A stretch of 64,000 nucleotides of DNA from Patescibacteria group bacterium (GTDB lineage: Bacteria > Patescibacteriota > Minisyncoccia > Phycocordibacterales > Phycocordibacteraceae). Both the position numbers and the translations under genes were made by a program. The DNA is taken from assembly GCA_038064495.1 (NCBI GenBank), contig JBBTSZ010000002.1, positions 344,934-408,933 on the forward strand, written 5' to 3'. Shown piece after piece: positions 16,998 through 27,007 of this stretch. The notes beneath the pieces were generated by a model that saw nothing but the letters and a program-made list of their open reading frames with translations, did not search any database and was not told the DNA's origin. How positions within the stretch are numbered: the stretch's first letter is position 1; each line of letters begins with the position of its first letter.

Positions 16998-17612
16998 ATG
17001 AAACTTGGACCAAAATACAAACTAGCGAAACGCCTTGGGGCATCTATATTTGAGAAGACTCAAACGCAAAAGTTTGCGCTTGCGCAGGAGCGCTCCTCAA
17101 TGAACAAGAAAGGGGGTCGCGGACGTGGCCCATCTGAATTCGGTAAGCAGCTTATTGAAAAGCAGAAGGTTCGTATTACCTACGGCCTTTCTGAAAGCCA
17201 GTTCAGCTCCTATGTGCGTGTAGCTATGGGTACGCATGGTGCAAACCCAGCAGAGATTCTCCATCGTCAGCTTGAAATGCGTTTGGACAATATTGTCTAC
17301 CGCCTTGGTCTTACTCCAACCCGTCGTGCTGCTCGCCAAATGGTTTCGCACGGACACATTACCGTAAACGGTAAGAAGACCACGATTCCTTCTCAGGCCA
17401 TCAAGATTGGTGACCGTATCGCTGTGCGTGAGGGCTCAAAGAACCGTGCCTACTTCGATAATTTCTCGGAGAAGTTCATGGAGCGCCCTCTCCCATCATG
17501 GCTTACCTGGAATCCAAAGGAGATGGTTGGGGGTGTGCTCGTGCTGCCGACCAGGGACCTTAGTGATGCGGCAGGAGACCTGCCAGCAGTGCTTTCGTTC
17601 TACAGCCGCTAG
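16998..17612 (+). CDS. rpsD: 30S ribosomal protein S4
   Basis: S4 N-terminus (KLAKRLG) and the S4 RNA-binding domain (RRQLVSHGHITVNGKK-like). Start taken at the ATG after the S11 stop. Confidence 0.9.
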   Translation: MKLGPKYKLAKRLGASIFEKTQTQKFALAQERSSMNKKGGRGRGPSEFGKQLIEKQKVRITYGLSESQFSSYVRVAMGTHGANPAEILHRQLEMRLDNIVYRLGLTPTRRAARQMVSHGHITVNGKKTTIPSQAIKIGDRIAVREGSKNRAYFDNFSEKFMERPLPSWLTWNPKEMVGGVLVLPTRDLSDAAGDLPAVLSFYSR

Positions 17613-17775
17613 TTCGCCATGACTAATGACTTCGTCTGCAGTGTTACGGGTTTCAGCGCTTTCTTCCGCCGTATAGCACATACGTCTCCAGAAATCGCTT
17701 CCCCGCGCCTTGCATACGGAGCCTTTAGTCAGGCTCAGAAATTTTATTAAACAACTAGGTAATTACGATTGAGTT

Positions 17776-18726
17776 ATGGAATACCAAATTACACTTCCGT
17801 CTAAGCCCCGCGTTGTCTCTGAAGAGGGACTTCAGGGCATTTATGAGATAGATTCGCTCTATCCAGGCTACGGCCACACACTCGGCAATTCACTTCGCCG
17901 GATTATTTTGTCATCACTTTCTGGCGCCTCTGTTACGTCGGTAAAGATTGATGGTGTTCAGCATGAATTTGCCACCATGGAAGGCATTCGTGAGTCCGTT
18001 ATGGAGATTCTTCTTAATTTGAAGCGCGTGCACTTTGCACTTCAGGGAGATGAACCACAAGTTATTTCGCTATCGGTAAAGGGTCCTAAGGTAGTGACTG
18101 CTGCAGATTTCACCATGCCAAGTCAGGTAACGATTACAAACCCAGAACAGCACATCGCTGACCTTGCTGGCAAAGTATCTCTTGAACTTGAAGCAACCAT
18201 TGAGCGCGGTCTTGGCTACGTCGCTCGTGAAGTGCTTACCAAGGAAAAGGTGAACATTGGTACGATTGCCCTAGATGCAACCTTCACGCCAATTCGCCGT
18301 GTGAACTACGAAGTAGAAAACATGCGCGTGGGTGACCGAACCGATTTCAATCGTCTCCGCATCTTGATTGAGACGAACGGCACACTCACGCCACGTGAAG
18401 CTCTTGAGCGCTCTATTGAAATCATGATTCATCAGTTGAAGGCAGTGGTTGGTTTCCAGGAGGAAGCTGATGTCTCCGTCTCAGCTGACTTTGCGTCAAC
18501 CGCTCCTGTTGCTTCTGGTAAGGACGCTTCAAAGGTAAAGGTAGATGAGCTTGGCCTTTCTGCTCGCGTCACGAGCGCACTGACCGATAACGGCATCAAG
18601 ACAGCCGCAGGACTTGCCCGCAAGACCCCAAGCGCGCTCAAGGAGCTTGATGGTGTTGGCGACAAGGCAATCGACGAAATCGAAGCTGCGCTTGGCGAAA
18701 TCGGCCTTACCCTCAAGGGCGAATAA
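17776..18726 (+). CDS. rpoA: DNA-directed RNA polymerase alpha subunit
   Basis: N-terminal GYGHTLGNSLRRILLSS motif and an alpha-CTD. Confidence 0.9.
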   Translation: MEYQITLPSKPRVVSEEGLQGIYEIDSLYPGYGHTLGNSLRRIILSSLSGASVTSVKIDGVQHEFATMEGIRESVMEILLNLKRVHFALQGDEPQVISLSVKGPKVVTAADFTMPSQVTITNPEQHIADLAGKVSLELEATIERGLGYVAREVLTKEKVNIGTIALDATFTPIRRVNYEVENMRVGDRTDFNRLRILIETNGTLTPREALERSIEIMIHQLKAVVGFQEEADVSVSADFASTAPVASGKDASKVKVDELGLSARVTSALTDNGIKTAAGLARKTPSALKELDGVGDKAIDEIEAALGEIGLTLKGE

Positions 18727-18768
18727 GTTGAGGATATAAGGGATAGATGATAGGGTAAAGGACTTACT

Positions 18769-19122
18769 ATGCGACACAGCCACAAAGGACGATCATTCGG
18801 ACGCTCGCACGACCAACGCGAGGCTCTTATGCGTGGCTTGGTAAAGTCGCTCGTGATTCATGAGCGCATTAGCACCACGGAAGCAAAGGCAAAGGAACTC
18901 CGCCCCATCATTGAGAAGCTCGTAACCGCATCTCGTAAGGACACGGTTGCAAACCGACGTCTCGTCTCAGCTCGTCTCGGCAACGATGACGAAGTGGTTA
19001 AGAAGCTCTTCGGCGCTATCGCACCACGCTACATGGAGCGTGCTGGTGGCTACACACGCATCACGAAGCGCTCCGCAACCGCTACCGATGGTCGTCAGAC
19101 TGCGTACATCTCGTTCGTATAA
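18769..19122 (+). CDS. rplQ: 50S ribosomal protein L17
   Basis: MRHSHKGRSFGRSHDQREALMRGLVKSL... matches L17. Confidence 0.9.
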   Translation: MRHSHKGRSFGRSHDQREALMRGLVKSLVIHERISTTEAKAKELRPIIEKLVTASRKDTVANRRLVSARLGNDDEVVKKLFGAIAPRYMERAGGYTRITKRSATATDGRQTAYISFV

Positions 19123-19128
19123 AATCAT

Positions 19129-19530
19129 ATGGCAGTTAAAACAATCAAAACGACAAAGGGCGGACCAGTACAAGGCGGAGACCGTAAGCTCTTCACTATT
19201 GACGCTTCCGGGCGCACACTTGGACGTGTCGCAAGCGAGGCTGCATCCATCTTGCTTGGAAAGCGTTCCGCTTCCTACGTGCAAAACGAAGTACTTCCTG
19301 TTGAAGTAAAGATTACGAATGCCGCACAGCTCAAGATGAGTGAAAAGCGTATCGCTATGAAGGACTACTACCACTACACCGGCTACCCAGGTGGTCTTCG
19401 CACGACGTCTATGAAGATGACGCTTGAGAAGAAGGGTATTCAAGAAGTGCTTCGTAAGGCAGTGGACGGCATGATTCCTCGCAACAAGCTCCGCAAGGAA
19501 CGCATGAAGCGCCTTTCTATCATTGACTAG
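19129..19530 (+). CDS. rplM: 50S ribosomal protein L13
   Basis: L13-like sequence with HYTGYPGGLR. Confidence 0.9.
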   Translation: MAVKTIKTTKGGPVQGGDRKLFTIDASGRTLGRVASEAASILLGKRSASYVQNEVLPVEVKITNAAQLKMSEKRIAMKDYYHYTGYPGGLRTTSMKMTLEKKGIQEVLRKAVDGMIPRNKLRKERMKRLSIID

Positions 19531-19557
19531 GAACTAGTGACGATTAATCAAAGAATT

Positions 19558-19968
19558 ATGGCTACTACCACCACATACACCACCGCAGTTGGACGCCGCA
19601 AGACGGCAAGTGCTCGCGTAAAGCTTACGCCAGCAGCTAAGAATTCCATTACCGTGAACGGCATGTCTGCTCGTGAGTACTTTGGTACCGATCAGCGCGA
19701 CACCGTCACCCTTGATGCGTTCAAGGCACTTGAAACCAAGCAAAACTACACTGTAGAAGCTCGTGTACAGGGTGGTGGTAAGAGCGCACAGGCCGTAGCC
19801 GTTCGTCACGCGATTTCTCGTGCACTCATTACCGAGAATGCTGAAGGTATCACGGCTCGTCCGGCTCTTAAATCAGCTGGTTTCTTGAAGCGTGACCCTC
19901 GTTCGGTAGAGCGTAAGAAGCCAGGACTTCGTAAGGCTAGGAAGCGCCCGCAGTGGAGTAAACGTTAG
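19558..19968 (+). CDS. rpsI: 30S ribosomal protein S9
   Basis: GRRKTASARVKL and the C-terminal KKPGLRKARKRPQWSKR. An in-frame GTG at 19537 is an alternative start. Confidence 0.85.
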   Translation: MATTTTYTTAVGRRKTASARVKLTPAAKNSITVNGMSAREYFGTDQRDTVTLDAFKALETKQNYTVEARVQGGGKSAQAVAVRHAISRALITENAEGITARPALKSAGFLKRDPRSVERKKPGLRKARKRPQWSKR

Positions 19969-19989
19969 GGTACAACAAAAAACCGCCTT

Positions 19990-20012
19990 CGGGCGATTTT
20001 TTGTAAGTACAC
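19990..20012 (+). terminator. rho-independent terminator after rpsI
   Basis: aaccgcc-ttcg-ggcg stem followed by atttttt. Confidence 0.5.
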
Positions 20013-20037
20013 GAAGTGTCGTACGTCTTCACCGTAC

Positions 20038-20508
20038 ATGCAAAGAAAATATATTGTCCTTTCCCTCCTCGCGCTTGTTCTTATTGGTATCGGTGCTTAT
20101 TTGTATAATCAACGAGAAGCTGCAGCTGAAAGCTTGGCTCGCGTACGTAACGTCGTATATAACTTCGGTGACGAATTAAAACTTGTTCCTACACTTGCAC
20201 CGCATGCGGAGTTTGTGACAACGATGAACAAGCATTATGCGATGTACGTGCACCCAGATCTCTTAAACAAATGGAATGCCGAGCCAGCTACTGCTCCTGG
20301 ACGCGTGACTTCAAGTCCCTGGCCCGACCGCATAGACATAGATTCAATGGTCAAGAATAAGGACGGCACCTACACCGTAGAGGCTCATATCGTCCAAAAA
20401 GCGAGTGGACAAAGTTCTACAACACCTGCCCTAGCTGATATCCCAATACGCCTCATCATTACCATGGGACCTGATGGCTTCCAGATTACTGACTACCAGA
20501 CATTGTAA
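20038..20508 (+). CDS. hypothetical membrane-anchored or secreted protein
   Basis: N-terminal hydrophobic anchor LSLLALVLIGIGAYL. 156 aa with no motif. Confidence 0.5.
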   Translation: MQRKYIVLSLLALVLIGIGAYLYNQREAAAESLARVRNVVYNFGDELKLVPTLAPHAEFVTTMNKHYAMYVHPDLLNKWNAEPATAPGRVTSSPWPDRIDIDSMVKNKDGTYTVEAHIVQKASGQSSTTPALADIPIRLIITMGPDGFQITDYQTL

Positions 20509-20569
20509 CCTTGCTCTGGCTGAATAGGTGTGGTTATCTTCGAGCAGAAATACGTAAGGAGACGTCGCC

Positions 20570-20731
20570 GTGAATAACACTATTCTACCAAAAGAAATTG
20601 AGCAGCGACTTCAGGCACTGGCAAGCAAACTCGACATGAGTTTGCTAGAAACTCTGGAGGAAGCGATTGAGCACCTGGAAGAAAAGGTGCATCAAGAGGA
20701 AAATCCGAATGGGTTTGTAGTTCGCACGTAA
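20570..20731 (+). CDS. small ribbon-helix-helix-like protein (53 aa), GTG start
   Basis: Strong SD aaggag 8 nt upstream of the GTG. Beta-strand then two helices (TILPKEI / EQRLQALASKLDMS / LLETLEEAIEHLEE). Hairpin terminator downstream. Not in the ORF track. Confidence 0.45.
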   Translation: MNNTILPKEIEQRLQALASKLDMSLLETLEEAIEHLEEKVHQEENPNGFVVRT

Positions 20732-20800
20732 ACGCGAAATCAAGCGGTGCACTCGTGCGCCGCTTTTGACTAGCCACACAATTTCAGGCATATTCAATGG

Positions 20801-21364
20801 ATGGATGATGTTGTTATTGAACCGGATGGGGCAGAGGAAGCTGGTACAAGTGAGGAGGAGCTTGAAGCGACCGAAAGTCGTGTAGATTCAAAGCTTTTGA
20901 AAGTTAAAAAAGAGCTTGAGCGTACTACGAAGGAGAAGCAGGAATACCTTGATGGTTGGCAGAGAGCCAAGGCGGACTACGTAAACGCACTTAAGCGTTT
21001 TGAGGAAGAGAAACGTGGGGCAGTGGCACTTGGTTCTACTAAGACACTCCTCTTATTTATGCCGGCACTGGACTCGCTCGCTCGTGCTCGAGCACAGGGT
21101 GAACAGCTTCCGGCAGGATTTGAAGCCATAGCGCGTCAGCTTGAGGACGCAAGTAAGCAAATTGGTCTCTCACCCATTGGAGCAATTGGAGAGAGATTTG
21201 ATCCAACTATGCACGAAGCACTTGGGCAGGACGAAGCGAGATCTGTAAGTGAAGACGACACTATTACGGCAGTACTTGAGACCGGATGGAAGTCAGGAGA
21301 CGCCGTCATACGACCCGCCAAAGTTCGTGTGGCTCATTTTGAAGGGCAAGGCCAGAAGACTTGA
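20801..21364 (+). CDS. grpE: nucleotide exchange factor GrpE
   Basis: Coiled-coil N-terminus and a GrpE C-terminal beta domain. Sits before dnaK. Confidence 0.9.
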   Translation: MDDVVIEPDGAEEAGTSEEELEATESRVDSKLLKVKKELERTTKEKQEYLDGWQRAKADYVNALKRFEEEKRGAVALGSTKTLLLFMPALDSLARARAQGEQLPAGFEAIARQLEDASKQIGLSPIGAIGERFDPTMHEALGQDEARSVSEDDTITAVLETGWKSGDAVIRPAKVRVAHFEGQGQKT

Positions 21365-21432
21365 ACACGCGTGCGAGGAAGCGTACTATAAGGGTACGAA
21401 GGGCGATTTAGTAACATAACGAACCATTTCAC

Positions 21433-23343
21433 ATGGCAAAAATTCTTGGTATTGACCTTGGTACAACAAACTCCGCGATGGCCATCATGGAAGGTGGCGA
21501 ACCGCGCGTACTTGAAAACGCTGAAGGCCAGCGCACCACCCCCTCGGTGGTCGCTATCGCTAAAAATGGTGAGCGACTCGTTGGAACGCTTGCAAAGCGT
21601 CAGGCGGTAACGAATCCGAAAAACACCATTTACGGCATCAAGCGCTTCATGGGGCACCGGTTTACGGATGAAGCTGTACAGACTGACCAGAAGATTGTCC
21701 CGTATCAAATGAAGGCCAGTACCGATGGTGGAGTACTCGTCACCCTTGGCGAGAAGGACTATCGCCCTGAGGAAATCTCGGCAATGATTCTCGGCAAGCT
21801 CAAAGCTGACGCAGAAGCAAAGCTCGGTGAAAAAATCACCGAAGCAGTCATCACCGTTCCTGCCTACTTTGACGATTCACAGCGTGCAGCCACCAAGGCA
21901 GCGGGTGAAGTGGCCGGACTTGATGTGAAGCGCATCATCAATGAACCGACTGCAGCAGCGCTTGCCTATGGTTTTAACAAGAAGAAGGACGAAAAGATTG
22001 TCGTCTTTGACTTCGGTGGCGGTACGTTTGACGTGTCCGTACTTGAAGTAGGGGACGACGTCGTAGAAGTAAAGTCTACCGATGGTGACTCACACATGGG
22101 GGGTCGCGATATTGACCAAAAGATTGTGCGTTGGCTTGCGGACGAGTTTAAGAAGCAGTCAGGGCTAGATGTCACCAAGGACCCGCTCGCACTCCAGCGC
22201 CTCGACGAGGCTGCTGAAAAGGCAAAGCACGAACTTTCAAGCTCTGCTGAAACCGAAGTAAATATCCCCTTCATCACGGTAAGTTCTGACGGCACTCCTC
22301 AGCACCTTTTGGTGAAGATGTCTCGCTCAACTCTTGAAACCCTTTCAGAAGAGTACGTGACGCGCTCTATTGAAATCACCAAGCGTGCACTGGAAGCATC
22401 TGGTATGAAGGCAGGAGATATAAACGAAATCATTCTCGTGGGTGGTCAAACCCGCATGCCGAAGATTCAGGAGGAAGTAAAGAAACTCTTTGGCAAGGAT
22501 CCTAATCTCACCGTAAACCCAGACGAGGTCGTAGCCATCGGTGCCGCAATTCAGGCAGGTATTCTCCAAGGTGACGTGAAGGACATTCTCCTTGTGGATG
22601 TGATTCCACTCTCGCTTTCCATTGAGACCATGGGAGGAGTGGCAACCAAGCTCATTGAGCGCAACACGGCCATTCCTACCTCACGCAGTCAAACCTTCTC
22701 TACCGCAAGTGATAATCAAACCAGCGTAGAAATTAGCGTCACTCAAGGCGAGCGCGCCATGTCTATTGATAACAAGCAGCTCGGCCGCTTTATGCTGGAT
22801 GGTATTCCACCAGCACCGCGCGGACTCCCCCAAGTAGAAGTTACGTTTGATGTAGACAGTAACGGTATCCTCACGGTAAAAGCAAAAGAAAAAACAACTG
22901 GCAAGGAGCAGAGCATCCGTATTGAAGGCTCCACCGGACTTTCAAGTGCTGATATTGAGAAGATGAAGGCTGATGCTGAAGTGCACGCGGCGGAAGACGC
23001 CAAGCGTAAGGAAACGGTTGAAGCAAAAAACATTGCGGAGCAACTTATCTACACCGCAGAAAAGGCGCTCAAGGATGCAGGTGACAAAGTATCCACTGAA
23101 GTGGTAACTGAAGTGCAAGAAAAAATGACAGCCCTTCGCGGTGCAAAGGAAGGTGAGGACTTGGAAGCTATCAAGTCAGCTTCTGAAGCACTCGGTACCT
23201 CTATGTCTAAGATTGGTGAGGCTATCGCCGCATCGGCGGACCCGACGGGGTCAACCAGTCCAGAAGGCACATCGTCTCCTGAAGGTACGGGCGGAACACC
23301 CCCAACCGACGCAGAATTCACGGAAAAGCCACCGGAGGCATAG
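21433..23343 (+). CDS. dnaK: chaperone DnaK (Hsp70)
   Basis: [18 protein letters not shown] and the C-terminal substrate-binding domain. Confidence 0.95.
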   Translation: MAKILGIDLGTTNSAMAIMEGGEPRVLENAEGQRTTPSVVAIAKNGERLVGTLAKRQAVTNPKNTIYGIKRFMGHRFTDEAVQTDQKIVPYQMKASTDGGVLVTLGEKDYRPEEISAMILGKLKADAEAKLGEKITEAVITVPAYFDDSQRAATKAAGEVAGLDVKRIINEPTAAALAYGFNKKKDEKIVVFDFGGGTFDVSVLEVGDDVVEVKSTDGDSHMGGRDIDQKIVRWLADEFKKQSGLDVTKDPLALQRLDEAAEKAKHELSSSAETEVNIPFITVSSDGTPQHLLVKMSRSTLETLSEEYVTRSIEITKRALEASGMKAGDINEIILVGGQTRMPKIQEEVKKLFGKDPNLTVNPDEVVAIGAAIQAGILQGDVKDILLVDVIPLSLSIETMGGVATKLIERNTAIPTSRSQTFSTASDNQTSVEISVTQGERAMSIDNKQLGRFMLDGIPPAPRGLPQVEVTFDVDSNGILTVKAKEKTTGKEQSIRIEGSTGLSSADIEKMKADAEVHAAEDAKRKETVEAKNIAEQLIYTAEKALKDAGDKVSTEVVTEVQEKMTALRGAKEGEDLEAIKSASEALGTSMSKIGEAIAASADPTGSTSPEGTSSPEGTGGTPPTDAEFTEKPPEA

Positions 23344-23362
23344 TTTGCTATAGTGAAGCGTC

Positions 23363-24436
23363 ATGGCGAAAAACTACTACGAAGTCCTTGGCGTTGATAA
23401 GAAAGCAACCCAAGACGACATAAAGAAAGCCTTCCGAAAACTGGCTCAAAAGCATCACCCGGACAAGGGCGGTGACGAGGCTATCTTTAAGGAGATTACA
23501 GAGGCATATGCTACGCTTGCAGACGAAAAACGTCGGCGCGAATATGACTCGTACGGTCAAACCTTCCGCGGACAGGGGGGCGCTGGATTTGATCCATCTC
23601 AGTTTAGTGGCTTTGGTAATGGTGGTGTTGAGTTTGACTTGAACGACCTATTCCAGGGCTTCGGCGACATCTTCGGTGGTGGCATGGGAGGTGGCGGCGG
23701 ACGTGGTCGCATTAAGCGTGGTCGCGACATCTCAGTTGATATTGAAGTCACTTTCAAGGAATCTATCCTCGGCGGAAAGCGTCAGGTGCTTATTTCTAAA
23801 GTAGATAAGTGTGAGGTCTGTGAAGGTTCCGGTGCAAAGCCGGGTAGCGAACTTGAAACCTGTAAGACCTGTAACGGTGCCGGTCGTCTTCACGAAACGC
23901 GTGACTCCGTCCTTGGCGCGTTCAGCACCGTGCGTACCTGCTCCACCTGTGAAGGCTCTGGAAAGGTTCCAAAAGAGAAGTGCACGAACTGCTCTGGCCA
24001 CGGCATTCTGAAGAGAGAGGCAGAACTCAATATTGATATTCCTCGGGGTATTGATGGGGGCGAGATGATTCGTATGCCAGGCATGGGAGAGGCGGTGAAG
24101 GGGGGTGTCTCCGGCGACCTCTACGTAAAAGTACACGTAAAGCCACACGCAACCTTCCGCAAGGACGGAGCAAACCTTCTGATGGAGCTACCGGTAAAAC
24201 TCACGGACGCGCTTCTCGGCACCAGTGTCTCGGTCACCACGATTGATGAAAAGGTGCTTGATGTGAAAGTCCCCGCGATGACGAAAACTGAAGAAACACT
24301 TCGTATCCGTGGCAAGGGAGTTGCCTACGACAACGGCACCGGCGACCTTCTCATTCGCGTCACCGCCATTCTTCCGAAGAAACTCTCCGGAAAGGCTAAG
24401 AAGGCTATTGAGGATCTGAAAGCCGAAGGCCTGTAG
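23363..24436 (+). CDS. dnaJ: chaperone DnaJ
   Basis: J-domain with HPD, G/F region and four CxxCxGxG zinc-finger repeats. Confidence 0.95.
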   Translation: MAKNYYEVLGVDKKATQDDIKKAFRKLAQKHHPDKGGDEAIFKEITEAYATLADEKRRREYDSYGQTFRGQGGAGFDPSQFSGFGNGGVEFDLNDLFQGFGDIFGGGMGGGGGRGRIKRGRDISVDIEVTFKESILGGKRQVLISKVDKCEVCEGSGAKPGSELETCKTCNGAGRLHETRDSVLGAFSTVRTCSTCEGSGKVPKEKCTNCSGHGILKREAELNIDIPRGIDGGEMIRMPGMGEAVKGGVSGDLYVKVHVKPHATFRKDGANLLMELPVKLTDALLGTSVSVTTIDEKVLDVKVPAMTKTEETLRIRGKGVAYDNGTGDLLIRVTAILPKKLSGKAKKAIEDLKAEGL

Positions 24437-24574
24437 TTCGTCCAGAACCGCACATCTGCGTTGTTGCTGTCTTCAAAAAAATTCTTTCACCGAGGACATA
24501 CGCCTGCAGAATTTTCCTCGCCGCGCCTAGCACCTACTTCGGTTCTGAACGACCTGTGAGCAAAAGAGCGCAAT

Positions 24575-24604
24575 AGTTCATAAAAGCCACAAAGTGTGGT
24601 ATAA
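24575..24604 (+). promoter_or_regulatory. extended -10 promoter (TGTGGTATAAT) upstream of the ABC transporter gene
   Basis: ttcata-17-tataat with a TGn extension, ending 10 nt before the ATG at 24614. Confidence 0.45.
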
Positions 24605-24613
24605 TTTCTTCTT

Positions 24614-26437
24614 ATGCCAACTGAAAAGAAAGTCATCCGGGTTATGCCGGTCATACGTGCCTATGGAAAAGCGGTTCTAGAATATCCTTGGCTTTTGGTG
24701 TGGTCAGTTGTTGGCGTCATTGGACTCGAATCAGCTAACGTTCTTGCACCGCTGTACATGCGTCAGTTCATCAATATTCTCTCAGCCTCTACACCGGATG
24801 AGTTTGTCGTGAAATCACTGTTCATCACTTTGCTTATTTTCGCCGGCATTAACTTCTGTGGCTGGATAGCTCAGCGCATTCGTATGACTTCCATCACTAT
24901 TATGGAGTCACAAGTCATGCGTGACCTTTCAAATACGGCCTTTGACTACCTGCTTGGTCACTCGCACGACTTCTTTATCTCAAACTTCGCCGGCACGCTC
25001 ACGCGTCGTGTAAACCGCTATGCCCGGTCCTTTGAGCAAGTATTTGATAGTTTCATTTTGACCTTCCTTCCGACGGCGCTTTTTACCATTGGAACCATTG
25101 TGGTGCTTTCCATGCGAAGCCTCGTACTCGGCCTTGGTCTTCTTGTGTGGACGGTTACCTTCTTTTTCCTACAGTACTACCTCACCAAGTGGCGCCAGGG
25201 ATACAAGCTCGTCCGCTCTGCAGAGGACAGTAAAGTAACCGGCATTCTCTCAGATGCGGTAGCAAATCACACGACCATCACACTGTTTGCTTCTAAGGGA
25301 GCGGAAGGAAATTACTTCGGAAGCGCCATAGAGCGCTGGATGAAGGCAAATCTTGCCTCCTGGCATGCTGACAACCTCGTGTACTCCGTACAGGGCCTCT
25401 TTTCACTAATAAGTGAAGCTGGTCTGCTTGCCGTAGCGGTGTACCTCTGGAGTAAGGGCATTCTTACGGTGGGAGATTTCGTGCTTATTCAAGTCTATAT
25501 CTTGGGTCTTATGAACCGTATTTGGGACATTGGGCACACGCTCCGCAGACTCAATGACTCATTTGCTGATGCGTCTGAGATGGTAGACATTCTTGAACAG
25601 CCACACGAAGTATCAGACATCCCGACAGCTACGGAACTTTCTGTTACCGACGGCAAAATTGAATTCAAGGACGTTGAATTCAACTTCAACGAAACGCGTT
25701 CTATTTTGAACAAATTCTCGCTCAACATTCGTGGAGGCGAAAAGGTGGCACTTGTTGGTCCTTCAGGAGCAGGCAAATCCACCATCACCAAGCTTCTGCT
25801 ACGTCTCCATGAAGTAACCGGAGGAGAAATTACCATTGATGGCCAGAATATTAAGGAAGTCCAGCAGGAAAGTCTTCGTCGTGCGATTGGCTTCGTACCG
25901 CAGGAATCCATCCTCTTCCACCGAACGCTGAGAGACAATATTCTCTACGGAAAGCCTGATGCAACAAAAGAAGAGCTTATTGAGGCCTCTAAAAAAGCAC
26001 ATGCCCACGATTTCATCTCACAACTCCCGCTTGGGTACGACACGTTCGTGGGTGAGCGTGGTGTGAAGCTTTCCGGTGGTGAACGTCAACGAGTTGCTAT
26101 CGCTCGTGCACTCTTGAAGAACGCACCGATTTTGGTACTTGATGAGGCTACCTCGTCGCTTGATTCTGAAAGTGAGCATCTCATTCAGGAAGCACTGGAT
26201 ACCTTGATGGAGGGTAAGACCGTCATCGTTATTGCCCACCGACTTTCCACTATTATGAAGATGGACCGCATTGTGGTTATGGAGCAGGGAGCTATTGCTT
26301 CACAAGGTACTCACGACGAGCTTCTAAAAGAGGACGGACTCTACGCAAAACTCTGGAGTATTCAGGCTGGAGGCTTCCTTGGCGGTCCTGAAGAGCCAAA
26401 GGAATCTGAGGAGGTAGAGCAGGAAGTAGAATTCTAG
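24614..26437 (+). CDS. ABC transporter, fused permease/ATPase (MsbA-like exporter)
   Basis: Six-TM N-terminal domain, Walker A GPSGAGKST, signature LSGGERQRVAIARAL and Walker B ILVLDEATS. Confidence 0.9.
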   Translation: MPTEKKVIRVMPVIRAYGKAVLEYPWLLVWSVVGVIGLESANVLAPLYMRQFINILSASTPDEFVVKSLFITLLIFAGINFCGWIAQRIRMTSITIMESQVMRDLSNTAFDYLLGHSHDFFISNFAGTLTRRVNRYARSFEQVFDSFILTFLPTALFTIGTIVVLSMRSLVLGLGLLVWTVTFFFLQYYLTKWRQGYKLVRSAEDSKVTGILSDAVANHTTITLFASKGAEGNYFGSAIERWMKANLASWHADNLVYSVQGLFSLISEAGLLAVAVYLWSKGILTVGDFVLIQVYILGLMNRIWDIGHTLRRLNDSFADASEMVDILEQPHEVSDIPTATELSVTDGKIEFKDVEFNFNETRSILNKFSLNIRGGEKVALVGPSGAGKSTITKLLLRLHEVTGGEITIDGQNIKEVQQESLRRAIGFVPQESILFHRTLRDNILYGKPDATKEELIEASKKAHAHDFISQLPLGYDTFVGERGVKLSGGERQRVAIARALLKNAPILVLDEATSSLDSESEHLIQEALDTLMEGKTVIVIAHRLSTIMKMDRIVVMEQGAIASQGTHDELLKEDGLYAKLWSIQAGGFLGGPEEPKESEEVEQEVEF

Positions 26438-26488
26438 CTCTGTGGGTAGCTACTACCCGGTCTTACTGAGGAGCTATACTTAAGGCCT

Positions 26489-27007
26489 ATGGAACAGATA
26501 GCGATGCAGATCTCAGATTTAGCGACGTCTGCAGCGCTTAACTCCTGGAGCGTCATGAGTAATTTCATGATCTTGCTCGGGCTTACAATCCTGTTTGTAC
26601 TTATTTCCTATCGCTCACGGGGAGGCATTATCTCGCTCATCGTAGCGTTTTACGTAAGCTACGCACTTTTCCTTGTCTTTCCGTACACCCACGATATTGT
26701 CGCGACCGGAACGACACCACTCCTAAAGGCCATCATCAGTTTTATTATCTTCGCAATTGGCTGTGTTGTGCCGTTTATGTTTATTGAGCGCCTCGTCACG
26801 GGTGGTATTGGTGTCCTTTCCGTATTTCCACGCTTCGGTCTGTCATTCCTTGCAGCTACTTTCCTGATGGCACTTGCGTACCATGTCTTCTCGGTTAATG
26901 AGATTTATACCTTTCCCGAGCCGATGAACACGTTGTTCGCTCCAAACCAGTATTTCTTCTGGTGGTTTGCCGCTCCACTCCTCGGCCTCCTCCTCCTAGT
27001 CCACTAA
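26489..27007 (+). CDS. hypothetical polytopic membrane protein
   Basis: 172 aa with about four predicted TM helices. Confidence 0.5.
   Translation: MEQIAMQISDLATSAALNSWSVMSNFMILLGLTILFVLISYRSRGGIISLIVAFYVSYALFLVFPYTHDIVATGTTPLLKAIISFIIFAIGCVVPFMFIERLVTGGIGVLSVFPRFGLSFLAATFLMALAYHVFSVNEIYTFPEPMNTLFAPNQYFFWWFAAPLLGLLLLVH

Noticed and set aside
20580-20777. Minus-strand 65 aa track ORF upstream of grpE
   Set aside because: It has no SD and poor composition. The plus-strand 53-codon ORF with a strong SD and an RHH-like pattern is preferred.
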